A stretch of DNA of 64,000 bases from Octopus vulgaris (GCA_951406725.2 OX597817.1:10168001-10232000); one strand, 5' to 3'; positions 25,018 through 38,900 are shown, numbered from the stretch's first letter. The notes: a model not told the origin generated them from the letters alone. A program made the numbers and translations.

Positions 25018-25404
25018 AGGAGTGGCTGTGTGGTAAGTAGCTTGCTTACCAACCACATAGTTCCGGGTTTCAGTCCCACTGCGTGGCACCTCGGCCAAGT
25101 GTCTTCTACTATAGCCTCGGGACGACCATAACCTTGTGAGTGGATTTGGTAGACGGAAATTGAAAAGAAGTCCGTCGTATATATGTGTATATGCTTGTCC
25201 CCCCAACATCGCTTGACAACCGATGCTGGTGTGTTTACGTCTCCGTAATTAGCGGTTCGGCAAAAGAGAACGATAGAATAAGTACTAGGCTTACAAAGAA
25301 TAAGTCCAGGGATCGATTTGCTCGACTAAATGCGGTGCTCCAGCATGGCCGTAGTCAAATGACTGAAAAACAAGTAAAAGAGAGTAAAAGAGAGTAAAAG
25401 AGAG
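25018..25404 (+). mobile_element. SINE family A
   Basis: Consensus match with (GAGAGTAAAA)n tail. Confidence 0.92.
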
Positions 25405-25994
25405 ATCAGAAATCTTTTTCATTCCTTTGCCGATTGGAGTGTGTCAGATCAAAACGAGAACTCTTGGGAAAATGTTGACTTGAAAGTAGGTTTTGATTCC
25501 TGATAGAAATACCTTCACTGTAACAACAACACTGTCTTAATGGTAAGAGTGACTGCCTCAACGTCCGTGTCTAATTAAGAAGTCATTAACTTTGATATGT
25601 TCGATACTGCAGTATTACTAAGCTACTGGATACTTGATTACTGGTACGTTCTATTCTTGAGGATGACTCTGGCATGTAATTGATCTTCAATTAAATTTAA
25701 TGCCTAAATATCAAGAAATAGTATTTTAAAATAATTATCGTAAATTACTATTGTTGGGTAGGCTCAGTCAACTGTTCTTGAATTAATGACTGGAGTAACC
25801 AATCTAACGTACGAGAATAGTCTGTTTTTACCTCTTCGATCTGCTCGACTTTTGTTTTATATTAGATCAGATTGGACATCATGATTGTGTGTTATGTGTG
25901 ATGTATTCTGGAAAACTTATTATACAGTGTTCAGTTTACTGTCGGGTCTGTTTGGTTTCATTAACAGCCACAGAAGAGATGTATTCCAAGCGTC

Positions 25995-26397
25995 TGGCTG
26001 TGTGGTAAGTAGCTTGTCTACCAACCACATGGTTCCGGGTTCAGTCCCACTGTGTGGCACCTTGGGCAAGTGTCTTCTACTATAGCCTCGGGCCGACCAA
26101 AGCCTTGTGAGTGGATTTGGTAGACGGAAACTGAAAGAAGCCCGTCGTATATATGTATATATATATATATATATATGCGTGTGTGTGTTTGTGTGTCTGT
26201 GTTTGTCCCCTAGCATTTCTTGACAACCGATGCTGGTGTGTTATGTCCCCATTACTTAGCGGTTCGGCAAAATAGACCGATAGAATAAGTACTGGGCTTA
26301 CAAAAGAATAAGTCCCGGGGTCGAGTTGCTCGATTAAAAGGCGGTGCTCCAGCATGGCCGCAGTCAAATGACTGAAACAAGTAAAAGAGTGAAGAGT
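25995..26397 (+). mobile_element. SINE family A
   Basis: Consensus match. Confidence 0.92.
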
Positions 26398-26497
26398 AAT
26401 GCACCGCCAATATGTATGATAGTCAGGCGGCGAGCAGCACGCCGGGCGAAATGCGTAGCCGTATTTCGTCTGCCGTTACGTTCTGAGTTCAAATTCC

Positions 26498-27217
26498 TTA
26501 GGCCTCACTGAGGAAATGACCAGCGACCGAGACCTTTGGAAATATTCTGTACGTGAGAAGACCAGGCAGGACAAGTGAGCCCAGCCCACTTATGAATGCC
26601 TTTCCTCCCTTGGACACAAAGACCTGTTGAGGCAAGCGAAGTCGATATAGAACCTCATCCAACGACAGACACCCATGCCAACCCCCATGCTTGCGAAGAC
26701 ATGTTGGGGCAAGCGAAACCGAATTGAACCAGCCAGGATCCCTGGCCTGGTGGTACGTAAAAAGCACTATCCGACTCGTGGCCGTGGCACGTAAAATACT
26801 CCAATGCGACCGTACGACAGGCACCCATGCCAACCCCCTTGCTTGTGAAGACATGTTGGGGCAATCGAAATCGAATTGAACCAGCCAGGATCCCTGGTCT
26901 GGTGGTACGTAAAAAGCACTATCCGACTCGTGGCCGATGCCAGCACCGCCTCGACTGGCTTCCGTGCCGGTGGCACATAAAATACGCCAATCTGACCGTG
27001 GCCGTTGCCAGCCTCGCCTGGCACCTGTGCAGGTGGCACGTAAAAAGCACCCACTACACTCACGGAGTGGTTGGCGTTAGGAAGGGCATCCAGCTGTAGA
27101 AACATTGCCAGATCAGACTGGAGCCTGGTGCAGCCTTCTGGCTTCCCAGATCCCCGGTCGAACCGTCCAACCCATGCTAGCATGGAGAACGGACGTTAAA
27201 CGACGATGATGATAATG
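26498..27217 (+). mobile_element. GC-rich non-autonomous retroelement 3' part with RTE-like end and (GAT)n tail
   Basis: GGCGTTAGGAAGGGCATCCAGCTGTAGAAAC motif; ends GGACGTTAAACGACGATGATGAT; internal ~152 bp tandem duplication. Confidence 0.7.
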
Positions 27218-27342
27218 AGAATTTTTTTAAACGTCAAATGACTATAAGGGTCCATTTGAGTAAAATAGATAAAAAATGGTTTAGAATTACTGCAACAAGT
27301 AAAAGAGTGAAGAGTAATGCACCGCCAATATGTATGATAGTC

Positions 27343-27550
27343 AGGCGGCGAGCAGCACGCCGGGCGAAATGCGTAGCCGTATTTCGTCTGCCGTTACGTT
27401 CTGAGTTCAAATTCCGCCGACGTCGATTTTTGCCTTTCATCCTTTCGGGGTCGACAAATTAAGCACCAGTTACGCAGTGGGGACTTAATCCGTTTGTCTG
27501 TCCTTGTTTGTCCCCACTGTTTTTAGCCCCTTGTGGGTAGTAAAGAAATA
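27343..27550 (+). mobile_element. SINE family B with 13 bp TSD
   Basis: TSD ATGTATGATAGTC at 27330-27342 and 27552-27564; the head is duplicated at 26424-26497. Confidence 0.9.
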
Positions 27551-27577
27551 AATGTATGATAGTCGATGCTGCGGCTA

Positions 27578-27613
<36 letters not shown>

Positions 27614-28463
27614 TTTGGGTCTGTATGTAAGAGGACAGAGACAGAGAGAGAGAGTGTATGTGTGTGTGTGTGTGTGAGTTTGGGTCTATATATGTGTAAA
27701 CATGCACAACTCGGTCAAGAGAGAGAGAGACAGAGAGAGACTCTCTGTGTGTGTGCATGTTTGTGTGAATGAGAGAGAAAGAGGTTTTTTTTAAAGGTGT
27801 CATAGTATCGTGCTGTAGTACTACTGATACATTTTATGATCCTGCATCGTTGAGTATGTATTTAGTATGTCTATGTGGACTGAAGCTGACTTCATAGTGA
27901 ATTGCATTCGTAGCATTTCGAAATAATCTTTCTTTTTTTAACTTTATTTTTATTTTACCGTGTAGGAAAGAAGGGTAGAGGATGTGTGGTTTGCAAGACA
28001 TTGTTTGTAGTAAATAGATTTGGGATTTAGACGGGGTAAGCAAAACAAATCCGTGTTCTCATAAACGAGGCCTGCCCTGATGCTTTATAACAACAAACTC
28101 ACGACATCCACATTTTCTAAACTTCTGTTTCTTACGATTTCACTTAACTTACATCACTTAGAGTTCTTGAATAACGCATGAATGCTATACATAACTATTT
28201 TTACAGAGAGTGTTAGAGAACAATACGCAATAATCTCATACGATGTAATTTTTTTATTATCCTTAATAAAGACATTAATGCCGTAACTTCACAGGTTTCC
28301 AATCATGAAGTTTCATCACCTTCACTCTATATGAAACTTATTTTTCTTTACACTTCAGCTTTATATTGAGCCAATTATTTGCATGTGGTTGCTACATGTA
28401 TTTACATATACTAGCCACATGTATGCACATGAAGTAGTAACAGATTTACATAGACTCTGTAAG

Positions 28464-28745
28464 TGGGGGCAAATGGCCCAGTGGTTAGAGCAGCGAACTC
28501 GCGGTCGAGGGACCGCGGGTTCGAATCTCAGACCGGGCGATGTGTGTGTTTATGAACGAAACACCACGCGGGTCCGGCAGAATCTAATGGCGAACTTCTG
28601 CTGACTCTTTCGCCACAACTTTCTCACTCTTTTCTCCTGCATCTTGCAGCTCACCTGCGACGGACTGGCATCCCGTCCAGGTGGGGAACCTATACGCCAA
28701 GGAAACTGGGAAACCTGCCCTTTTGAGCCAGACATTGCTCGAGAA
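28464..28745 (+). mobile_element. SINE family C, tail type 1
   Basis: tRNA-like head with GGTTCGAATCTC; TSD ACATAGACTCT(G/C)TAAG at 28448-28463 and 28746-28761. Confidence 0.9.
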
Positions 28746-29217
28746 ACATAGACTCTCTAAGCAATTTCTTCTATCATACGCCTTACCTGGTTTGATCTTT
28801 CATCATACGAGCACTGATAACATGATTCTTCAAAACTTTTCTAGGCATGGATGGCCTCAGCTGGAATATCGTTGATCATGGGTCTACCCTATCAGATCTT
28901 ACCCGAAGCTACATAACACTAACAAGCCTTGTTAATGATCATTCCCTTTGTTTTATTCTTATCTTCACATATAGTCATCATGCTTAGTTTCCATCACTGT
29001 CAATGAAAATTAATTCTGTACCTCACAACCATTTTGTCATATATAGCAACCATCCACTATCACTGATTCTAACTCCACTAGTAGCAGAGCTATTGCTGCT
29101 AACATCAACAAACAACTAAAGAAACACTGTCTATGTGTTTCCCTCGACTTACTAGAAATGGCAAACAGATATTCCGCAACTTACACAATGCCATCTTGAA
29201 AAAAACAGAAGGCAATA

Positions 29218-29376
29218 TTCTTTTCTACTCTAGGCACAAGGCCCGAATTTTTTTTTGGTGGGTGGGGGCAGTCGATTAGATCAACCGCAGTACGCAACTG
29301 GTACTTAATTTTTCGACCCCGAAAGTATGAAAGGCAAAGTCGACCTCGGCAGAATTTGAACTCAGAACGTAAAGAC
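29218..29376 (-). mobile_element. SINE family B fragment
   Basis: Reverse complement of the core. Confidence 0.8.
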
Positions 29377-29444
29377 AACGGAGGGCAATATTGAATAATG
29401 TAGTGCTAAATATGCGATGTCAAGAAGGTCAAACTCGAAACGTT

Positions 29445-29446
<2 letters not shown>

Positions 29447-29525
<79 letters not shown>

Positions 29526-29540
29526 GATTACTACTACTAC
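29447..29540. repeat. (TAC)n microsatellite
   Basis: Read directly. Confidence 0.97.
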
Positions 29541-29849
29541 AGATGCTGCTGTTGCTACCGCTGCTACTGTGTAAATTTCTAGGTGAAGCCACTATGTCCT
29601 TAGTTTTGTCAGTTCCTAATCGAGTACACCTAAGACCCGCAGACATTCTAGCCATGACCAGCCAGTTTTTTTTTTCTTTCAGAAAATATATCTAAAACTA
29701 TATTAACCAATGTGTATTTCTCTTTTTATAAGACTGTTGGATGTGATATGAGAGAGATTTGAAGCCACTCTTTCCAGAAGATCCTGGGGCCACGTAGAAG
29801 CTTCTGATGACTCTCCTCAAATCACACACGAATATTTTAAAAAGGTACA

Positions 29850-30245
29850 TCGTTATATATAAAAGTGAGGTTGTGTGCTGTCTGTCTCCTACGATTTAGA
29901 TTCCTAGCTACTCCCACATTTTGCGGTGCAGTGTAACCAAAACCGGGTATCTTATAGTCGTGATTCATATCGAGCCTTTCTGGGTATTAGCGCGCGTCTA
30001 CTATGAGTCTACGATTTTAAAACAAATTTACCATCAATTTTTCCCGTTTTTAATGCATTTTTGGCATATATAAGGGAAGTAACTCTCTAAAAATGTATTA
30101 TTAAATCTCAGAACGTAAAAAGCTACAGTAACACCCCCCCTTTGTGGTTAGCCATATTGGGATGGCTATTATACTTTACATCTCTAAAAATGCTTATATA
30201 GTTATTTCCCTTACAAACCCGAGCAACGCCGGGCGATACTGCTAG
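29850..30245 (+). mobile_element. Non-autonomous Helitron
   Basis: A|TC 5' end, subterminal hairpin CCCGAGCAACGCCGGG, 3' CTAG|T, no TSD; 3' part shared with 48451-48834. Confidence 0.85.
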
Positions 30246-30507
30246 TGAAAAATAATGGAACCTAAACATGCTATGCTGGGAAAAGACGTGATAATCTCTG
30301 CCGAAACGTAGTCATAACTCTACTCAAATAGAGCTGACTTCAGAAAAAACAACAATAGTAATGTTATATTCATCAAAAATGTTAGTGTTTGAGGATTCCA
30401 TAAATCATTGGGTTGTGTTATCAACCAAGGCACGTTAGCCTAATGGAACTCACCATTCTCAAATTTGTGCTCCCTGACTGAGAATTCGATAAATATTTCA
30501 GACTAAG

Positions 30508-30923
30508 AGGCGCAGGAGTGGCTGTGTGGCAAGTAGCTTGTTTACCAACCACATGGTTCCGGGTTCAGTCCCACTGTGTGGCGCCTTGGGCAAGTGTCTT
30601 CTACTATAGCCTCGGGCCGACCAAAGCCTTGTGAGTGGATTTGGTAGACGGAAACTGAAAGAAGCCCGTCGTATGTATGTATATGTATATGTGTGTGTGT
30701 ATGTGTGTGTGTTTGTGTGTCTGTATTTGTCCTCCCAACATCGCTTGACAACCGATGCTGGTGTGTTTACGACCCCGTTACTTAGCGGTTCGGCAAAAGC
30801 GACCGATAGAATAAGTACTGGGCTTACAAAGAATAAGTCCCGGGGTCGATTTGCTCGACCAAAGGCGGTGCTCCAGCATGGCCGCAGTCAAATAACTGAA
30901 ACAAGTAAATGAGTAAATGAGTA
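30508..30923 (+). mobile_element. SINE family A, full length
   Basis: Consensus match. Confidence 0.92.
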
Positions 30924-31333
30924 AGAAAACGCTTAACAATTGCACCATGTTTTCATCGCTTATAATAGTTTCAAATTTTGGTACGAGTCCACCAATTTAC
31001 CGGGAGGTGTAAGTCTATTACATCGACCCAGTGTTCAGATAGTGCTTATTTTATGAAATCCTAAAGGATGACAGGAAAGGTTGACCTCAGAAGTAATGAG
31101 TTGGAAGAAATACTGCTAGGCATCTCTCCGACGTTGTAACGATTCAGTCAGCTCTGAACTATATACAGCAAAATGAATTCGAAATTAAGAATTAGATATT
31201 GCCTTTAGCACGGAACCTATCTAGGAAAGTAGCAAAATGCCTTATCTACTGAATCACAAATCATCTCTACAAATAATTCTTATCCGGGATTGGATTATGT
31301 ACTCGTATTCACACATATGTATTGCTGCTACTG

Positions 31334-31661
31334 TGGAGGCGCAATGGCCCAGTGGTTAGGGCAGCGGACTCGCGGTCATAGGATCGCGGTCATAGGATCG
31401 CGGTTTCGATTCCCAGGCTCCGGCAGGGATGGTGGTGATCCCTGCTGTACTCTTTCACCACAACTTTCTCTCACTCTTACTTCCTGTTTTTCAAGGGGTC
31501 GGCCTTGTCACTCTCTGTGTCACGCTGAATATCACTGAGAACTACGTTGAGGGTACACGTGTCTGTGGAGTGCTCAGCCACTTTACACGTTAATTTCACG
31601 AGCAGGCTGTTCCGTTGATTCGGCTCAACCGGAACTCTCGTCGTCGTAACCGACGGAGTGC
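31334..31661 (+). mobile_element. SINE family C head with tail type 3
   Basis: Same tRNA-like head (with a 15 bp internal duplication), unrelated 3' half ending GTCGTAACCGACGGAGTGC. Confidence 0.8.
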
Positions 31662-31925
31662 TTAAAGAGAAGCAAAAATTGTTGCCGCTAGAAAGACAAG
31701 GCTAATGTTGGGAAATTTTCGTAACACACTTCAATTTGAAACATTTATAAATAGATAGTCACTATACTTAAAGTAAATGAGTAATTATATCACGAGTGTA
31801 ATTGTTTGTTCTTGTCTGTACGTGTTTTGCTTCATTAGATACGTATCTTCGTATCATCGGGAGCTCAAATTCAAAATAAAATTCTAGGAGTCACCATTTT
31901 CAATAATAATAATAATAGTAGTAAT

Positions 31926-32142
31926 CCCTTTTACTCCAGGCACAAGGTCTGACATTTCAGAGAGAAAAGGTTAGTCGATTATATCCACACTAGTGTTCTA
32001 ATAGTACTTATTTAATAGACTCCGGCAGGATAAAAGGGGAGAATCGACATTGATGAAATTTGAACTAAGAAAATAAAGACAGACGAAATTCCGCTTTAGT
32101 AACTTATCCGACGTGTTAACGATTCTTCCAGCTCGTCGCCTT
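31926..32142 (-). mobile_element. SINE family B, old copy
   Basis: Ends CCAGCTCGTCGCCTT, the reverse complement of the head. Confidence 0.65.
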
Positions 32143-32724
32143 GTAAGTAAATAATATTAATAATTGAAGACAAAAGCAGTTTTTAAGTATTAGAGTTGTC
32201 GAGTTAACACCTTTGAGGTGTAAGTAATTTTAAGTTTGTCTGTCTGTTCATCCCCTGCTCTCTCTCTCTTTCCCTCTCTCTCTCTCTTTCTTTTTTTCTT
32301 TCTTTCTCTCAACAACTGAACCGAATGACAATTTCAAAATATCACAAGATTAACTCTTACACTATCTACAACAATGCTTACGACAAAGTCAGGTGTTTCA
32401 GAAGAATAATCGAACCTAATCGATCTCTGTGAAATACTACTGGTAGGGATAGATAGAATCGATTGAATTTCTGCTGATGTAGCAGTAATGTTTTTTTTTT
32501 TCATCAATCCGGGTAGGAGTAAAATAAAAAAAATTTAAAAAAAAAAAAAAACGCTGGAAGGATTCGAACTTAGAATCTGAAGCTCCGAAACTAAATGCTG
32601 AAAGTCCTGACCGCTTCTTGCATTCAGCTAACTCTCTCTATTCGTTTGCGCCTGTTTCTCTTTCGTCTTTCGCCACCTTTAGATTTGAAAAATATTCATA
32701 TATTTTGCTGCTAGTACTATGAGT

Positions 32725-32957
32725 ATTGGTGATGTTGTTGTTGTTGTTGTGATGGTGGTGGTGGTGGTGGTAGTGGCGGCGGCGGCGGCGGTGGTGGTGG
32801 TAGTCGCCTTGACTCGTGATACTGATTATGGCGGTGTGTTGATTATGGGAATGCTAATTATAATGGTGGTGGTGGTGGTGGTGGTGGTAGTGGTGGTGGT
32901 GGTGGTGTAGATTTAAGTAATAGAGGTATAAATGAAAATGGTGTTGGTGGCAGTGAT

Positions 32958-32989
<32 letters not shown>

Positions 32990-33446
32990 TAGTGGTGGTG
33001 GTGGTGGTGGTGGTGGTGGTGGTGGTGGTGGTGGTGGTGGTGGTACTGCTGCTGCTGCTGATGATGATGATGAGGAGGAGGAGGAGGAGTGGGGGAGGGA
33101 GAGGATTATGCTGATTATGATGATGGTAATGATAGTGATGATGATGATGATGATGATGATGAGGATGACGATGATAATGAATGCAATGGAAATGCAACTA
33201 GCCGCTTAGACTGCTGCTACTGCTGCTGCTGCTACTGCTGCTGCTGCTGTCGCTGGTGCTGGTGCTATTCGTATTTTTCCAAACGTCTGTTAGAAAATGT
33301 GATGTCAGTGCTCTCAACGTACACCCATCGACCAACAGTCAGAAATTATAATTCTGTCCGCAGACGGCAGAAGCAGTTTTCCCCACTTCCATATATCGTT
33401 CTCTATTTTATTATCATCATCATCATCATCATCATCATTATTATTA

Positions 33447-33507
<61 letters not shown>

Positions 33508-33542
33508 CATCATCATTATTATTATCATCATCATTATTATTA

Positions 33543-33601
<59 letters not shown>

Positions 33602-33632
33602 GCTGCTGCTGTTGTTGTTGTTGTTGTTGTTA
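32725..33632. repeat. Trinucleotide-repeat cluster (GGT, GGC, GAT, GCT, ATT/ATC)
   Basis: Read directly. Confidence 0.95.
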
Positions 33633-34253
33633 TATAATATTTATTAATATGTGGATGCTTCGAGTAAAATATGAAGAACTGCTACGTACAATGATTTGTA
33701 TATTATTATCTGTGTCTGTGTATCTGTTTCCACCTCACCGTGTGTATGAATACTTGCGTATGTTATGCGTGCGTGCTTTTTATTACTCTCTCTCTCTCTC
33801 TCTACAGAGAAAGACGGAAGAAAAGAGAGAATAAAATGGTAAGAAAGAGAATGAGAGAAGAGAAAGGAGGAGGAAAGAAAGATTATAATATGATGATTTT
33901 CCTCGGGTTACGTTTAAGACAAAATTTGGTACAGCGGAGATGGAGTATTTGTCGATTGTATGTTTCTAGTACTTAGTCCCTTCGCTCTGAAATTATATAT
34001 AAGAAAGTCAAATACTGCCTATATTCGGGTTCAAAACTTAGCAAATCGGAATTTAATACTTCGAGCACTATATACTTCAGCGCTCTACCAATTCCACCGA
34101 ATCTGAAGAATGTATTGAAACAGCAAAACAACAAGAGTACACTCAGAAAAGCTAGCAAATTATATAACTATATATGTATGCATGTATGGATGTAAGCATG
34201 TATGTACTACGTATGTGTGTACGTACGTACGCATCTATGTATGTGTGTCGGTC

Positions 34254-34306
<53 letters not shown>

Positions 34307-35234
34307 TTGAATGATAGGTAGACAGAAAATGGATATAGATTTTTCTTGACATATGTTAAAATATAATTTGCCTCGATCCAAGACAGAAGACTATGTGGTC
34401 GCCTGATATTGTAGAAATAGCAAGCAAATCTTCCTCAAATTATTCTTTACCCTCTTCAAAAACGCATGACATTATGTATAGAGTGGTCTTAGATACACTG
34501 TCCATATAAATAAGATGTGATGGTCAGGATTAGAATGCCTTTAAATATTGATCTGCTGGATCCGATTCGCCAAGAGCTAAAGAAAAGAATTCATTTAGCT
34601 TTACACTATGGATATTGGTAAAGGAAAATCAATTTAGCGACGGAACACGTTTGGTAATCGCACTTTTGACCACGTTTGAGGCAATCATATTTCCGGTACA
34701 AAACGAACGTGTCTCTTCGTTAATTATAAAAAAACATATACGTGAATTTCTCGCAAAAATTGCGGGTAGAATCGGTTGTGGACAGAAGAAGAAAATCATA
34801 AGCAATACCTTATATTTACCACGTAAATATTCGTTAAATTTAGCGTTTAAATCTGCATCATTCAAATCAAAATAATATATATTCTAAAATAGATCTCTCC
34901 TCACAAAGAAAGGATTTTTTTCCTGCTCATATATCTCCACGACCTACTCCTATTCTAACACATCAACTGGGGATGTGGAGGGTGTAGAACCGGTAGAACG
35001 CTAAAACAAAATACTTTTTAGAATTTAGTTGCTTCCCTTTGTGTTAATAACTCGAATCCTGACAGGTTTGACTTTACCACCCATTCTTCCGGAGCAAGCA
35101 CTTGCATTTAACCACTGTAGTGGACCTTAAGCCACTGTACCAGTAATCGACTTACAACCCCACACCCACCCACTAACCTCATAATTATTGGCTTCATGCT
35201 AAAATTTGAAAGAATTATTATTATTCAAGAATAA

Positions 35235-35835
35235 AACGGTGAGCTGGCAGAATCGTTGGCACGCCGGGTGAAATGCTTAGCAGTATTTTGTCCGGCTTCG
35301 CGTTCTGCCGACTTTACCTTTTATCCTTTTTGGGGTCGATAAAATAAGTACCTGATGAGTTCTAGGGTCGATCTAATCGATTTGTCCTTCCGCCGAAATT
35401 GCTGGCCTTGTGCCAATATTTGAAAATTATTATTCCAGAATAAGGTAGTAAACTGGTAGAACTGCTAGCACACTGGACCAAAATGCTTAGCAACATTTTC
35501 GTCCGTCTTTAGGTTCTGAGTTCAAATTCCACTGAGGCCGATATCGGGGTCGATAAAATAGTTACCAGTTGAACCTTGGGGGTCGATCTAATCGACTTGC
35601 CACCCCACCGCCATACTTCTGTCTTTGTGCCAATAGTAGAAAGAATCATAAGCGCATCGAACAAAATACTAATAACATTTCGACTTTCTTTCACGTTCTG
35701 AGTTCAAATTCCACCGAAGTCGACCTTGCCTTTCATCTTTTTGGGGTCGATCAAATAAGTACCACTTATGCAGTGTGGTCAATGTAATGGATTAATCCCT
35801 TGAGCTTGAATTTCAGGCTTGTGCCTCTAGTAGAA
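35235..35835 (+). mobile_element. Cluster of three diverged family B SINEs in tandem
   Basis: Heads or cores at ~35235, ~35442 and ~35655. Confidence 0.75.
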
Positions 35836-36202
35836 ATAATTGTCATAAGTAATATAATTTTCCATTTCACGGTCAGTTGTAAGACATGGAAACAAAAATA
35901 TGAATAGGAATGAGATTGAAAAGTGAACGAAAGATTGATAGGCTATTTATATTTTCAAGACCGTACGAAAAAAACAGTCTATTAACCAGTCAACTAGTTA
36001 CACAGGAATAAATTACGCTCCAGTACTTCTTAATTATCCGTATAAACGAAGATCCATAATAAATTCGGCGTCGAAACTGCTTATTGCGGTTCCATTGGCT
36101 TGAAGCTTTGCTTTTCCTGCTCACTATCTTTTTCTCAACCTTTCTCTCCCTCGCCGTCCCTTTTTTCCTTCCCCCCTCTCTCCCTCTCTTATTTTCGAAC
36201 TG

Positions 36203-36256
<54 letters not shown>

Positions 36257-36302
36257 ATTCACACGTGCATATGTATATGTGCTGGTATATGCCTTGAAAA
36301 TG

Positions 36303-36717
36303 AAGGCGGCGAGCTGACAGAAACGTTAGCACGCCGGGCGAAATGCTTAGCGGTATTTCGTCTGCGTTACGTTGTGAGTTCAAATTCCGCCGAGGTCGAC
36401 TTCGCCTTTCATCCTTTCGGGGTCGATAAATTAAGTACCAGTTACGCACTGGGGTCGATGTAATTGACTTAATACCTATGTCTGTCCTTGTTTGTCCCCT
36501 CTGTGTTTAGCCCCTTGTGGGTAATAAAGAAATAGGTATTTCGTCTGCCGTTACGTTGTGAGTTCAAATTCCACCAAGGTCGACTTTGCCTTTCATCTTT
36601 CGGGGTCGATAAATTAAGTACCAGTTACGCACTGGGGTCGATGTAATCGACTTAATCCCTTTGTCTGTCCTTGTTTGTCCCTTCTATGTTTAGCCCCTTG
36701 TGGGTAGTAAAGAAATA
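36303..36717 (+). mobile_element. SINE family B dimer with a single TSD
   Basis: Two tandem bodies; TSD GTATATG(C/T)CTTGA at 36285-36297 and 36719-36731. Confidence 0.9.
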
Positions 36718-36899
36718 AGTATATGTCTTGAGTATGAGTGTATATCTTTCGCTTTTCGGATTATTTCTATCTTACATTTACTCTGACACCTGTCGTTAAT
36801 TTTTCTCTTAGCTACATATTTATCTGTCTGTATCTCTCAGCATCTTTCCCCACCTATAACTCTCTTCATATATATATGTTCCCATATATATATGTGAAA

Positions 36900-37135
36900 C
36901 CGGACTAGTGGTTGAGGTGTCGGCATCATGATCGTAAGATTGTGGTTTCGATTCCTGAACCGGGCGACGCGTTGTGTTCTTGAGCAAAACACTTCATTTC
37001 ACGTTGCTCCAGTCCACTCAGCTGGCAAAAATGAGTAACGCTGCGATGGACTGGCGTCCCGTCCAGCTGGGGAACACATACGCAATAGAAACCGGGAAAC
37101 AGGGCCCATAAGCCTGGCTAGGCTTTAAAATGGCG
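36900..37135 (+). mobile_element. tRNA-head SINE with CORE-like middle and family C type-1-like tail
   Basis: GGTTTCGATTCC B box; TGTGTTCTTGAGCAAAACACTT...CCACTCAGCTG; TGCGATGGACTGGCGTCCCGTCCAG. Confidence 0.75.
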
Positions 37136-37579
37136 CATATTTTTTATTTATATGTGTGCGTGTGTTTGTGTGTATGTATGTATGTATGTATATATGTATG
37201 TATTTATGTATGTATACATATATGTATGTCATTGTTCAGTTTTATTTCAAGATTTCTTGCAAACAGGAAAAAAGCAGGTTTCTAAACTAGATTCAAGGCC
37301 CCATCATTGGAATTTCAACATCAACGTTAGGTTATTGTCATTCATATAGTTGCATATCTAGGCATGCCCATATATATTTAAATGATAAACTTCTGGAAAG
37401 TTTTACAGTGATGGATTGGATCTGTAGACTTCGAATTAGCTTTCTCCTTTCTGGTTTTGAGAAGCCTAATTTCTCAAGACTGGTATTTAGGCGCAATAAT
37501 TACAGGTATAAACTTGAACTTGTATGTATATATATATGTACGTAAATATATATAAAATATTTTATATATATAAAATATA

Positions 37580-37651
<72 letters not shown>

Positions 37652-38285
37652 TATATATAGATATTTAAATGAATATGAATACTTGACCTTCATTTCCAAG
37701 TAATACAGTGACCAGTAAAGGGGCGTTATACATTTTCATATTCGTTGATATTACAACGACTTTTATAACCATTCGAACCAATCGACACTTTTAAATTTCA
37801 AAGTGCCCTATTTTCAGAATCACACAATAATTAAATTCAGAGGAGGGTTTTGATAAACTACGAAATACGCTACGTTTATGAATTTGTTTGCATGTGGTGC
37901 GCAAGCGGGTGTAATTAGTATTATATTATACATTACAGAATATTTAGTTTTCAATTTGACGATTTCAGTCACACAGGTATAATGACAACTGTGTGAGACG
38001 TTTTAATTCCCTTGTGACATGTATGTATAAACGTATCTATGCATGCATATATATACGTACATGCATATATATATATATATATATTTATAACGATCGAAAC
38101 TATCGTAAGGTTTTGGAATACTGATTTTGTTTGGATTGTAATATTGGAGCGCTTGAAACATAACTTCTTAATGAATTTCGTATGTATTTTGTATTCCCAT
38201 GATAAAGGAACTTGACCTACGAAAATCTGTCATCCACTTTGAGTTTTGTTATATTTTGTTCATATTGAGCACTAATTAAATGCGC

Positions 38286-38520
<235 letters not shown>

Positions 38521-38542
38521 TGTATATATATATATTAATGCA

Positions 38543-38573
<31 letters not shown>

Positions 38574-38576
38574 CAT

Positions 38577-38630
<54 letters not shown>

Positions 38631-38697
38631 CATATGGTATAATTATAAGCCGGGCAAATTTTAGCTATTTCTCCGCAAACTGAAAAAATGATGAAGA

Positions 38698-38740
38698 GCC
38701 TTAATCGATTTTCGAACCTTACTGGTTTCTCATCAGAGTC
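38698..38740 (-). ncRNA. Degenerate minimal hammerhead motif
   Basis: Minus strand reads gact-CTGATGA-gaaacc agtaa ggttc-GAAA-atcgat-TA-aggc; stem III palindrome AATCGATT; stem I weak. Confidence 0.5.
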
Positions 38741-38762
38741 GTTTACAACATTCTGACAGTCT

Positions 38763-38900
<138 letters not shown>

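Noticed and set aside
28464-28540. tRNA genes
   Set aside because: A/B boxes belong to SINE heads; no complete cloverleaf, and they continue into SINE bodies
30284-30313. Hammerhead-like GAC..GAAACGTAGTC
   Set aside because: First box is GTGATAA and there is no stem II
33089-33637. 182 aa ORF with poly-D, poly-C and poly-I
   Set aside because: Trinucleotide microsatellites; no domain
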